A DNA stretch of 62,600 bases, counting the filler, from Choristocarpus tenellus KU-1152 (Eukaryota; Protista; Phaeophyceae): NCBI GenBank assembly GCA_964200185.2. It is 11 parts of 11 records of this genome, joined end to end, with 100 filler letters (N's around TTAATTAATTAA, not from the genome) between each part and the next. Parts side by side here need not be neighbours in the genome. Positions count along the whole stretch, not along the records: positions 36,862 to 42,564 come from CAXNAD020009964.1; positions 42,665 to 45,705 come from CAXNAD020022747.1; positions 45,806 to 49,294 come from CAXNAD020019682.1; positions 49,395 to 52,100 come from CAXNAD020025458.1; positions 52,201 to 55,102 come from CAXNAD020023777.1; 6 more parts are not named here. The stretch is one strand, 5' to 3'. Of this stretch, positions 41,058 through 52,605 are shown in pieces. Position numbers and translations under genes: made by a program. Within the stretch, counting starts at the first letter, position 1. Each line of letters begins with the position of its first letter. Under the pieces are notes generated by a model. The model ran no database searches and was not told the DNA's origin. It was given only the letters and a program-made list of their open reading frames with translations.

Positions 41058-41276
41058 CCTTGAAGGTGCAAGGTTGTTCTCCTTCTCTCTCCCCTTTCGA
41101 GTACCAAAGTCTCCCCATTCATGTGGTCCAATACCGGCAACCCTCTCAAACCCCTTGCCACCCCCACCCCCACCCCCACCAGCACTGCTACCACCTGTTC
41201 CCTCAGTAACGCCCTCAGCTACAGGAGCAGCCACAGAGCCCAACATCGCTCCAGTCCCACCTCTTTCAAACTCCTC
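41058..41276 (-). CDS. Probable Gly-rich exon of an uncharacterised protein
   Basis: tttcag|EEFERGGTGAMLGSVAAPVAEG...GREKENNLAPS|gtgaga; GC-rich island in AT-rich intronic sequence. Confidence 0.5.
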
Positions 41277-42290
41277 CTGAAATTGGAAAAAATAATTAAG
41301 GCACAATTCTGTTTTTAAAAAAATCAGGTTCTTATCTGGTAATAATATGAACACAACAGAAATGAGAAAAAGACAAAATAAAAATCAGAGTAACCAAGAG
41401 GAGGTTATGCCACTGAGTTTAAGCGACTCCTCTGACTCTCTGGTGAGAATGTGTGTGTCTTTGAAGCACTCAGTCTACACCTCTTGTTCATGGCATGGCA
41501 GTACAGATGTTTCAGTGATACATTCAGTTTCCAGAAAGCTAGCTATCCTGGTCGATCAACGAAACATTTTTTCGAAACTAATAATAAATTTTTTTGTAAC
41601 AGATTTGATTTTTTTTTTTCAAGTTACAACAGACAAAACGCACAACGCCTATTGGTGATTCTAACTCAAACGTTATTTTGCACAAGAATAAAAAAGCACA
41701 AGAATAGAGAGTAGTACTCACGTATTCCATACATACATTGCGTCAAAAAGTCAGTATCATTCCAAACAATACTGAGAATATATAAATATACACAAAAAAA
41801 AATCTAGAAAGAAATATCTTCCGGCCGAGAGATATTAATGACAAATAGAGGTCTTTGCCAGATAATTATTCACATACCGAGTTTCAAAAACAGACTTATT
41901 TTGGAAATTTTCGAAGGAATACAAACAAATAAGAAACAAAAGAAAAAATATTCAACTCGTCGCCTGATAATTATACAAAACAGAAGACTACAACAAGTGA
42001 GCACTGAGGAGGAGATGGAGTACTGAGAGAGATAGAATCATAACAACAAAAGGGCAGATCTATTCCATTGCCTCCACATAACACACAACCACAACCCTTG
42101 ATCAGATGTACCTTACTTTTTCACACAAAACACACCTCTCAACCACCACCCCTCAATCTGACCAGTCATCAACCTTGGTGACTCTCAACCGAAAAAAAAA
42201 AACCAAACCAAACCAAAAAAAACAAAAACTACATTCTAATGCCAAACTATTGACACAGGAAGGAAATCCTCCAGATGCGATCAAAACTTT

Positions 42291-42419
42291 CAAAAAACAC
42301 ATACAAAAAATACATACAAAAAATACATACAAAAAATACATACAAAAAACACATACAAAAAATACATACAAAAAATAAATACAAAAAATACATACAAAAA
42401 ATACATGCAAAAAATACAT
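42291..42419 (+). repeat. Tandem repeat, ~10 x 13 bp (CAAAAAATACATA)
   Basis: Directly visible periodicity. Confidence 0.93.
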
Positions 42420-42532
42420 CAGACAAAAAATGAAATGAAATAACTACACCCCAACAATTCATCCTCTGTACCTCCGAAAAAATTGTGAACGCTTCCCTAT
42501 TTCCACCCCGTCCAACGCTCGCCCCCCCCCCT

Positions 42533-42564
<32 letters not shown>

Positions 42565-42664
42565 NNNNNNNNNNNNNNNNNNNNNNNNNNNNNNNNNNNN
42601 NNNNNNNNTTAATTAATTAANNNNNNNNNNNNNNNNNNNNNNNNNNNNNNNNNNNNNNNNNNNN

Positions 42665-42731
42665 AAAATCACGACATGAAAAAATTGACCCCAAATGGAC
42701 AGCCGCCACCCCCTCCCAGATACTGTGAGCC
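42665..42731 (-). mobile_element. MITE fragment at contig start
   Basis: AAATTGACCCCAAATGGACAGCCG...CCCAGATACTGTGAGCC is shared with the 8207-8357 copy. Confidence 0.85.
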
Positions 42732-44940
42732 TGGATGCCCTTTCCCACTTACTGCAATGAGCAAAAAAAGTAAACGACAGGTACCCAGAGTTGCCTTTTA
42801 AGGATGCCGACAAAAAAATACAAATGTCTATTGGAACTTTTCTGGATCCTGTCCGAGAGGTTTCAAGCAATAATAGAGAAATCAACGCTCTCAAGTCAAA
42901 ACTTAACGCTTCATCCATAGAAATGTGGGTGGGTTGCAGAAGATCGAGAAAACTGGCTAATCAATGTATTCACTCCACAACTGCTATTTTGTAATTATGT
43001 CAAGACCATCAACTAACTTCTGGACCTTGCACAACAGCTCATACTGTGCGGAGGATGAAGACTGCACAACAACTTCGGTAATGTATCGTACCTGCACTCC
43101 ATTGATCAAACCTTCTAAACCATATCTAACCCCAACCTCATTTCCCACACATTACGCCCCGCATACTCAATTTTTATTTTCTTCACAGTGCAGGTACTGC
43201 AAGAGGTGAAAGTTCCTTAAGTCTCTATGTAGGACCCAATATACGTACCTGATTCAACACCAAAATACTGATCCTTCTACTTCAACCTTCACCCTACTTG
43301 CATATTGAACGGTTTTGCGTTAGAAGCGTTAGAGGTTTTTTTTTATCTCCTTTTAGTTTAGAGATACACCCAATTCCATTGGACCAACTGCCATATCTCT
43401 AATTATATATATATATATATTATCAGCATCTACCTGCAAATGGAAGTGTGCAAAAAAGTGGAAATATAATTCAAATGAGACCTCAGTGAGTAAGAAAATA
43501 TGTATATATTTATTACAAAGTTGTTTGACCCCGCCAGATCCTTCTCCAGCGAGAGACCTGAAACTCATTCAGAATTGAGTTGTTTCCATCTCGATGTTGA
43601 TGAAACTTTTCGAGTTATTATTCCACTAGGACGCGTAGACGACAAGGTATCAATACAACAATAATAGCTCCATATATTGTGTGATACATGCTGCATACAT
43701 GGGACGATTGAGTACCTGCTTCTCTATTGAGACAAATTTTACTAGAGGGGGATTGATTTTGTCAATTTTGTCCTTAAGGGAGATAATCAAATATTGTATC
43801 TTAAAACATCATTTCCACGGGCCGAATGCAGGAAACCCCCATCAATGACGAGTCTATGTAGAGGGTGCCTCCAGATAAAGGAAAATGCCTGTTCCCTAAC
43901 ACGCAATCCCAGACATACATCAAATTCACAAGGCAGTCACAGGTGCCCCTTGTGAACAACTTCAAGTCTCTCTACGATGCTTAGCTCAGTGGTGGTATCT
44001 ATAACCTTGACTGAGCATACCAACAATGACTATAAATGACTACAAATGAAGTTTTAGGTCGGCATGCACGCAAAATTGGTAGTCCAGTATGATACCAACC
44101 GCGCAGTCATTCCAGATCACCCTGATCTCCCATCAATATGATACACTATGCTGTACTTTGCTGATAATAGGCAACATCAAAAAGGCATAGAATGCAGAGA
44201 ACAAAGAGACTGAACACAACAATAAAAACCACACTACTGCACACAGAAAATCGGAGGAGTGAAAAGACACTAACTAATCGTGTAATCAATCCATTCTATG
44301 GCCACACCGTAATCACATATATACACATTCGTATTTGAATCAGTCCACAGATGGTGGCTGTGGCCAAAGAAATGCACCTACAAAACCTATCTCTCAGTCA
44401 GAGGTAGGTGGAGAGTGGCTTGACTTCCGTCATGTTGTGAGCAAAACAATAAAGTTTGAGGTGGTAGGAGTACACGACCAGACCAAACAACATAGACAAA
44501 CGTAAAACAACACAGTGGGAGGGGTCCCGCACACTGAGGGACTTGCGTTCAGACAGTCGTCAGACAGACTGTCAATATCTACAGAGCACCTTGTCCGTGC
44601 TCTGGAGCAAGGCATGAAACGATAACATACAGTGGTAGAAAAATTGTGTACCAAACGAGGAACAAAGATTTCAAGCAGGAGTCCTGAGTGAATCGATCAA
44701 TCATCCCCAAAAAAAATTAAGATAACTTACCTTCCCCTCCCTCCCCGTGCACAAAGTTGTTTATCCAGCACACCACCCCCCACTTAAGTTGATCGTTATA
44801 GAGTACTGTACTGTACTGTACGTTAGGAGTACAAGCAAGTTTTATCCACACACACCAATACACTCAGAAGGCGTCTACTGACATCTGCCAAACAAAAAAC
44901 ACATCAAAGATAAAAAAAATGCTAATTGTGCTTAATAACT

Positions 44941-45062
44941 ACTTTACCAATTAGCACAGGCACTAAACACTATCTTACCAATCAGAGCAGGCGTTAAACA
45001 CTCATTTAACTAATCCGAACATGCGCTAAACATTCATTTACCAATCAAAACAGGTGCTAAAG
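44941..45062 (+). repeat. Degenerate ~31-bp tandem repeat x4 with a CCAAT core
   Basis: TTACCAATyrrrrCAGGyryTAAACA-like units starting at about 44944, 44975, 45006 and 45038. Confidence 0.7.
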
Positions 45063-45595
45063 GAATCGCCCGGTCAGAGCAGACCCTGCAGCAAACACCA
45101 TCAGGAAGGGAAGCTGCAAACACACATACTGCAGCCAAACACAGAACAACACTCAATAGACAATAGACAATACACATCAAACAAATCTCTGTCCGTATTG
45201 GTGAAAGTTTCACCAACCCCTTCTTCTCCCCCTCCCCCATAAAAGTGCTTCATATAAAAGACCCTTCGCGAAATTTTATTGGTTCACACGAACATTAAAC
45301 GGCACACCCAACCAATCTCACTTCACACACACGTGCCCCAACCAATCACAAACACTTATTCAACACAACCTGGTAGCACAGTGTACTGCTCCATACACTG
45401 TCACAGCAAAACAGCATGTGTAGTGTATGTGCATGTTGGGGGGGCACAGCAAGGGTGAGAAGGAACTAAGATACAAACCCATGCTCATGGTGCAACAAAT
45501 GGCCCAAACGTAAGCGTGATCAATAGCATCATCCCACCAAAGCCTAACCAGGAGTTGGTGCCTTTAATATGCCACTTTTCTTGATCCCACCTAAC

Positions 45596-45687
45596 CTCAG
45601 CAGCGGTAGAGTCAATTGAACTGTTTGGGCTTGGTGTTGGCAGGGGTGAAGGACCCAAGGTCATGTTGTTGGAGGGAGACTGCGTGC
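45596..45687 (-). CDS. Probable Ser/Pro-rich exon of an unknown gene
   Basis: Strong polypyrimidine acceptor ctctctccctcccag|, open frame TQSPSNNMTLGPSPLPTPSPNSSIDSTAAE, donor |gttagg. Confidence 0.4.
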
Positions 45688-45805
45688 CTGGGAGGGAGAG
45701 AGAGGNNNNNNNNNNNNNNNNNNNNNNNNNNNNNNNNNNNNNNNNNNNNTTAATTAATTAANNNNNNNNNNNNNNNNNNNNNNNNNNNNNNNNNNNNNNN
45801 NNNNN

Positions 45806-45827
45806 CCCCCCCCAGATACTTTGAGCC
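45806..45827 (-). mobile_element. MITE terminal inverted repeat at contig start
   Basis: CCCCCCCCAGATACTTTGAGCC is a perfect family TIR. Confidence 0.8.
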
Positions 45828-48800
45828 ATTTGATTTATGATCCCGAACAGACGTAGCCCTACCCTCTCAAATGTGTTAGATCTCATTTTTGAACCACTTC
45901 AATGCCACGACGGAATTTTTTCGCACTGTTTTCAAACAATTTCGGCATTTTTTCGAACCAATTTGAAGTGTTTTGGGTTGTGTCTTTTGAACAGCAGACC
46001 TTGCTTTTCGGGATGATTTTAGCACTTTCTACCATGTCTTTGGGTATGTCTGGGGTATTTTCCCATGTCTTTGAAACCTTTAACACTTTCCACTGTGTCT
46101 TTGGGTATGTCTGTTTGGGATATTTTCCCATGTCTTTGATAACTTTATTAGCACTTTCTACCATGTTATGGTGATTTTTTTAGGGCATTTTCCACTTTCC
46201 TTGTTTTGGTGTATATTTTTCGTGGTATTTTCCATTGTTTTATGTGATGTTTTTTGGACATTAGTACATGTTTTTCAGCATATAATGTTGGACATACATG
46301 GGAATTTCTTTTCGGGATGTATTTCCATATTAGTAGTGTTTTCTTGACGTTTTTTGTGCATTTCCCAATGTCTTTCTAGACGTTCATCACTTTTGGACAT
46401 GTTTTTCGTCATGTCTGACAATTCTTTTAGGAACGTATTTCCGCAGTAGTTCAGTACTCTTGTTGAAATGGGAGAACACGTTTTTGTGGGCGTATCTTGG
46501 ACGTTGGGTGTAACATTCTTTAGGGGAACATTTCATGACAATTTAAGCTTTCTTTTTTTACATATTTTGCAATGCTACCCCAAAACATATTCAACATGAA
46601 ACCGTTGTGGTGCACTACGGCATCATTTCCCCCAAAAAGTAAAATGTTTTCAAGAAATCTTGAAACTAGTTGGACAACTCCACACTCTGCGTGGATCTGT
46701 CCATTGCCATCACCAGTGAACAAGCAATACGCACTCCTCCGTAAGGAGGGATGCGAGCAGGGGACTCTACTTCGGGTTCGAAAAACAGTGAATCGATGAG
46801 AGGCACTGTGTCCAACTGTCAACCCGACTTCATGGATAATGGATCAGAAGGGCGAGTTTACCTTTTAACAACACCGGGTGAAATTGAAGATACCGCTGGT
46901 GGAATGTCATAATTCTTGCAGGAAACTACAACACAGAGCAAGGAGCATCTGTGACCATCTGGTTCTGGCAAAGTGTAGCGAAGTGGTTAGACAGAAGAGG
47001 AAGAATTTTTATCCTTTTCACGTGTGTGGAGTTTCCTTTTCTGAATTCTTCTTGTATATATTTTGTGTTAAGCAAGGAGAGGATGGTTGGGGGAGGGTGC
47101 ACTATAAAGAACTGAGTTGCAACGATATTGACACTCCAACCTCTGTCCATCTACACAACAAAGTAGAAAAAGAGACCAAAAAATACTCCAGATTCCACCA
47201 TACACAGTCCCAACCCCAAGCTTGACAAGTAGTATAAATACAAGAAGAGGGTAGGACGAAAGCTTAGGTAAGAATATTTTCCAAGTAGGTATATATGAGG
47301 TAAGGACAAAGGAAGAGCATTCAAGCTTTCTTCTCAGCATTAAGTGGTGTAGGCGAAAGTCATGATTCATGACCATCTCAACATCCTTGTAAGAGGAGTC
47401 AGTAATTCCCACAGAGCTACATTTCCGTTGTCAACATTTGCGACTCCATTGGCAGCAGCACCTGCCTGTACCTCCTCACCATCCCTCGACTCCAGGATGG
47501 AAGAGTCACAATTGCAGAGGTACATCTGACGAATTTACACAAAAAGACATGACTGACAACTAGTACAACACCAAGAACAAATGTTCCTGGAAGGAAGATC
47601 ATGGAGGAGAACTGAGAAGATTCGAGGAACAGGTTTCAAAACCAGTCCTTGGTTTGAAGGACAGAAACCATTTTTTCGGCATCCACTCTGTGTGGTGAAG
47701 CGTAAGAGAGTAGATGATTTCAGGACAACCAGGGTGCTTAACATGCAGTGATCAGCAAACATATGTGCAATTGTAGGGGATGCACAATCTTGTGAGATAT
47801 TCATCCCGACTACTGAGAGGTGGGATGGAAGGGGTGGGACATTTAACAATTGTAGGAAATTAATATGTTGGACGGTGGATGCCTGTGGCTACAGAGGCAG
47901 AGCCCCGAAATATCAAAACATGTGCATGATAGCTCTTTTCTGTGTTGAACAAATTATAGGCCAGGAGGTAGGTACAAGTGTGAACTCAAGCCTCAATGAT
48001 AACCTAGGAAAAAATAAAGGAGGCAAAAGAAAAAAAATGTAAGGAAAGAAGAAAGGAAAGGAAAGAGGACACAAGAATAATCAACCAAAAAAGAGGAAGA
48101 GATCATAAGATGGCACAGTTCAGCACACAGACGTCTTGTGTGCATATTTCACGTCGCATAAGACAGGACGATTGATAGGAATTACTCATGATACGGCATG
48201 GTGTTGACATGAATTCTCACCTTGTCGTCATCAATCGCTCCACACGATCGGGCAACATTGAACTGTTCATCTCTCCTATTCCTCCTTCGGGCGGGCCATA
48301 CTGTTGACACCTTGGCCCAACTCCAACAGGATTAATTCCTTCCCTCATACCTTACGGTTGGCCTTTGCGCATCATCATGGACTGATTGTGGTGGGAGTTG
48401 GCGACAGACACTTGCCCGCTCTGTCATGGGCCTTGAAACTGTGCCCTAGCCATGCGACTGGTCCATGCAGTCAGTTTCCTTTCTTGTCTCTCCCAGCACC
48501 CAATCCTCTCCTTCGAGATGGTCGTTTTGTTCTCCATCTTCCATACTCGGAGAGAGAGACTGCGATCAGTCCAATTATTCACAGGCCGCCAATGATTTTC
48601 AACAAAGTAGCACTTTCGGTGCCTGAAGAGAAGGCAGTCTCTCAAAAAAATACTTCCAAGGTGTTGAAGGAAGCGTCTCACTTCTTAGTCTCTACGGAAG
48701 TTCAATGTGACCAGATGACGATAAAGTATAAACTGTTGATGACCTAGGTACAAATTTCTAGAACAAAATAACTTAAGAGTCTGCGCCAATCCAGGACTGT

Positions 48801-49394
48801 CTCGAACAACAAACTTGGCTATCTCTTACTTAACCTTTGGCGCTATTTCATAATATATGCTCAATAAATTAGGTGAAGAGATGGAGAAAGGACAGGTCGT
48901 CTTCAACACAGGATGCGAAACAATAGAGAAAGAAATGCTCTCAAGTCAACCTTGAACATCATCCATAGAAATATGAATGATTTGCCAAAGATTTAAAAAA
49001 CAGACTGAAAATGTAAAACAGTCAAAACCTGGGTACGTCTCGGTTACTTTGGGCCAGTACATATATATTCCCCTTCCACAAGAAATCAACCACCAGCCGT
49101 ATGTATCACCATACATACCGAAACTTTGGACATGTCGTTATGGAGGGTGAAGAAACTGTTAAAGTATCCCCAAAATCATCAAAGAGGGTAAAGGTGATAA
49201 ACCCGGCAAGATTGCTTGGTGTCTGTAGAGTGATTGATTAAATTTAGGTGGGGCACATAAGGCCCCATAAAATCAGAAATATTTCCTTTTATATNNNNNN
49301 NNNNNNNNNNNNNNNNNNNNNNNNNNNNNNNNNNNNNNTTAATTAATTAANNNNNNNNNNNNNNNNNNNNNNNNNNNNNNNNNNNNNNNNNNNN

Positions 49395-49514
49395 AAAATT
49401 GCACTTACATTATCCATTCGACGTATGCAACCAAATCAACCAACAAACGCGACATGAACAAATAATTGATCCCAAATGAACAGCTGCCCCCCCCCCCCCC
49501 AGATACTTTGAACC
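49395..49514 (-). mobile_element. MITE fragment at contig start
   Basis: GCACTTACATTATCCATTCGACGTATGCAACCAAATC...CCCCAGATACTTTGAACC is homologous to the other copies. Confidence 0.85.
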
Positions 49515-49800
49515 CTTTCCTGCAATATCCTCCCGTTCCTCTTCCCCCTACCATGTGAGTAGCCAGCTCATCCAGGAAGCATTCTTGCTTGTTTGCCGAG
49601 GCGCCCAAAACTTCCACCGCAAGGGTGTTGAGGTTATGACTACGAGGATAAAAGGAGCCCTCGTAGTGGGTGCACTTTCGCGCCCTGTCTGCAGCAACAG
49701 CCTGCACTATTGCTGGTGGATGAGTTGGTTAGGTGGGAAGTTGCCTGTACCTCTGCGAAGGTGACGTCTAGCAGAAGACCTTTGTCCCTGTAGGGAGCTG
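49515..49800 (-). mobile_element. Fragment of a non-LTR retrotransposon with restriction-like endonuclease (CRE/R2-group), frameshifted
   Basis: GLLLDVTFAEVQA...(frameshift)...ARKCTHYEGSFYPRSHNLNTLAVEVLGAS...FLDELATHMVGG matches the RLE pattern D-V-T...RK..HY...LAVE..G. Confidence 0.7.
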
Positions 49801-49954
49801 TTCAAGTGTTATATTGGACACCACCAAGCGGACAATACCCTGCGGACAATAAATAATTCAGTGTATGTTTTACCATGTAATTCAACTACTAGCTTTTGGC
49901 GACGAGCCTTACATGCGCCAAGCTTCTCAACACGCTTAAGCGCCTAATCCAAAC

Positions 49955-51800
49955 TCTAGCTACAACCATTCAGCTTACATCCTCAACAGAAGTGCAACTG
50001 TTGCTAATAAGGGGACTTCCCCCTATCGAGCTTTGTATGGGGAAATGGGATCCCTAGTGAGTGTCCCAGCTTTTGGCACCCCTGGATACTACAAATCTAG
50101 TCCTGGACATGAGCTTGGGAGTCGTGCGCAACAGTGCATCATGGTTGGTATATCAGACAACCAAGCCCGTGGCACTTTCCGCGTCCTAGACTTCACAACA
50201 AATCGTGTAATTCAGCGAGCTAACATACATTGGCACCCCACCAAGGATGGCAGAGTCCGTTTTCCAATCTCTGATTTAGACCGGGATCATGAAGATTTGG
50301 ATGACACTCCAGGGTACATCCTCCCTCCACGTGCACGAAGACATACTGGAGAAATCCAGGAGATGGGGGGTGAATGTGATGATGATGGAATCACCTGGAT
50401 TGAAGGTGGACTAGGTGATAGTGATGAATCTGATGACAACTGGGATAGTGGTGAACTTGTGGAGGAGACTGACGACAACATTGATGGTGACAACGAGGTG
50501 GAGGAGACTGAGGACAGCAATGATGGTGATGACGATGGGGTGGACGAGGCTAAGGACAGCCAATGTGAAAGGGAATTACGACGACTCAGCATTGGAAATG
50601 GTGAAAAGACAACATCCTTCCCCATCGCACCAGATCAGGCAATCATCCCTACTTCCGCCAAAGCTGCTGTTTTTAACATGTCCAATTTTTTATGGCTTAT
50701 TTGTCTGTTTCCATAGAGACTACCCTTGTGATGTGTGCGAGTGATGATTATATTAGAGTGTTAGGGGATGAGCTCCCTCCAGAACCCAAGATAGTAAGAG
50801 CACCACGTAGCTCTCCCGAATGTGATTTGTGGGATCGACCTAGAGCAGAAGAGATGTCTAGTTTGTTGTTCAATAATGTTTGAGTGGAGACCGTATTACC
50901 CCCTGGACGCAGGGCAATAGACACTAAATGGATTCACAAGCGTAAGACTAACAAATTTGGTGAGGTAGTTAGATACAAGGTACGTTTGGTAGCAAAAGGT
51001 TTTCGGCAGATTGAGGGTTTAGATTACCAAGATACCTTTGCACCAGCACCGTCCCCTGCGTCTTTGAAAATGGCTTTAGCATTAGCTGCAGATAAGGATT
51101 GGGAATTGAAGCACTGGGATGTGAAACAAGCTTTTGTCCAAGCAGACATTAGCGAAGATATTTTTGTACGTTTATGTGATGGATGTGGCATATAGTCTGG
51201 AAAGATTGTGTGTTTTTAGTAAAAGCACTTCATGGCACCAAACAGGCAAGCAGGGAGTTTAATAATCTGTTTGTGCACGTTTTGTAACAGTGTGGGTTTG
51301 AGCAATGCAGAGCAGATCCTCCTGTGTGTTACGTTATGTAAGAGATGGTGTTGTTTGTGCAGTGATAGCCCCCCACGTAGATGATATATTGGTAGCTGAT
51401 AAAATTGATGTTTGGTTAGGGTTCGCTCTAGGATCAAAGAAGCAGTTTTCTATAGAAGACTTCGGTGATCTTGAGTATTATATGGGTTGTGAGGTTTCAC
51501 GTGACAGAACTGCACAGACTGTCACCATCAGTCAGACTAGGTACATTGAGTGTATTTATCAAAGATTTGGTATGGATGGGGCAAAGAAGAGGTCGGTACC
51601 TCATGATCTCTCAAGGACCCCAGACAAGAGTGAGAATCATCCAAGTGTTGATGAAAATACACCGTACACAGAGGCAGTTTGCAGTCTGATGTGGGCATCT
51701 GTTATGACTAGGCTTGACACTGCAAATGCAGTTCGTGAGGTGGCCAAGTACAGTAGCAATCCCAAAGTCACAGATTGGCGTGCAGTGAAATGTATTTTAG
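49955..51800 (+). mobile_element. Decayed Ty1/copia LTR retrotransposon pol (integrase C-terminus/SH3, acidic linker, reverse transcriptase)
   Basis: AYILNRSAT...SPYRALYG...AFGTPGY...SRAQQCIMVG (integrase tail). RT motifs LPPGRRAIDTKWIHKRK, RYKVRLVAKGFRQIEGLDYQDTFAP, WDVKQAF, HVDDIL and LMWASVMTRLDTANAV. Multiple stops and frameshifts; no LTR in the contig. Confidence 0.95.
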
Positions 51801-52420
51801 GCATACAGTACCTACACCTATTTTATACCAAATATTATGTACCAAACCCATTTTGTACCTCTTTTTTTGACATGCTCAAAAAAATAGACTTTTGTACCGG
51901 AATGATCGTATTCGGGCGACTTGGTACAAAATACCAGAGATATTCACGCGAGTTTAGCGCGCGCGTAAAAAATCTCGCCAAAGTGCCTTTCTTCCTGAGT
52001 CATGACCACACAGCAGTACAGTACGTTGCTGGTAGGGGAATAAAGTGGGGAAGCCATGCCTTGTGCCGCGGGAAACCTCTGCAAGATGCCTTCAAACACA
52101 NNNNNNNNNNNNNNNNNNNNNNNNNNNNNNNNNNNNNNNNNNNNTTAATTAATTAANNNNNNNNNNNNNNNNNNNNNNNNNNNNNNNNNNNNNNNNNNNN
52201 ACCAAAAAAGTGATAATCGAAAAAAGGGTGAAAAACGGACGCCGACACCCCCCCCTCAGATACTTTCTCTGTAGCACAACATATTTCATACTTCTAAAAT
52301 ATTGGTGAGTAGTATTGCAAACCACAGCACTGATGATCCTTCGAGTACACGTCTATAGAGATCGTTCAGCATATGCAGGTGATTTCATACTTCTCGTTGG
52401 GCTTTATATTTATTGTATGG

Positions 52421-52605
52421 GGCTCAAAGTATCTGGGGGGGGTGGCAGCTGTCCATTCGGGGCGCATTTTTCAATGTTGCGATTTTTATGTGAATTTGGT
52501 TGCATGGGTTGGCTGGATAAAATTTGAGTGGACTTCTTCTGGTGGTCAGGGTCCGAATGGACACCCTAGTGTAGAACTCTCTCCCCCCCCAAAATACTTT
52601 GAGCC
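52421..52605 (+). mobile_element. Full-length MITE copy (185 bp), reference for the family
   Basis: TIRs GGCTCAAAGTATCTGGGGGGG and CCCCCCCAAAATACTTTGAGCC; ATGG directly repeated on both flanks (52417-52420 and 52606-52609); no coding capacity. Confidence 0.9.

Noticed and set aside
42106-42462. Lys-rich and Phe/Cys-rich ORFs
   Set aside because: These are translations of the 13-bp tandem repeat.
42522-42564. Long poly-C tract as a G-quadruplex or regulatory element
   Set aside because: It sits at a contig end, where homopolymer length is unreliable and may be a sequencing artefact.
46600-46740. YCLFTGDGNG as a possible KDZ/Zisupton transposase DGN motif
   Set aside because: A single short motif with no supporting CxC or other catalytic motifs.
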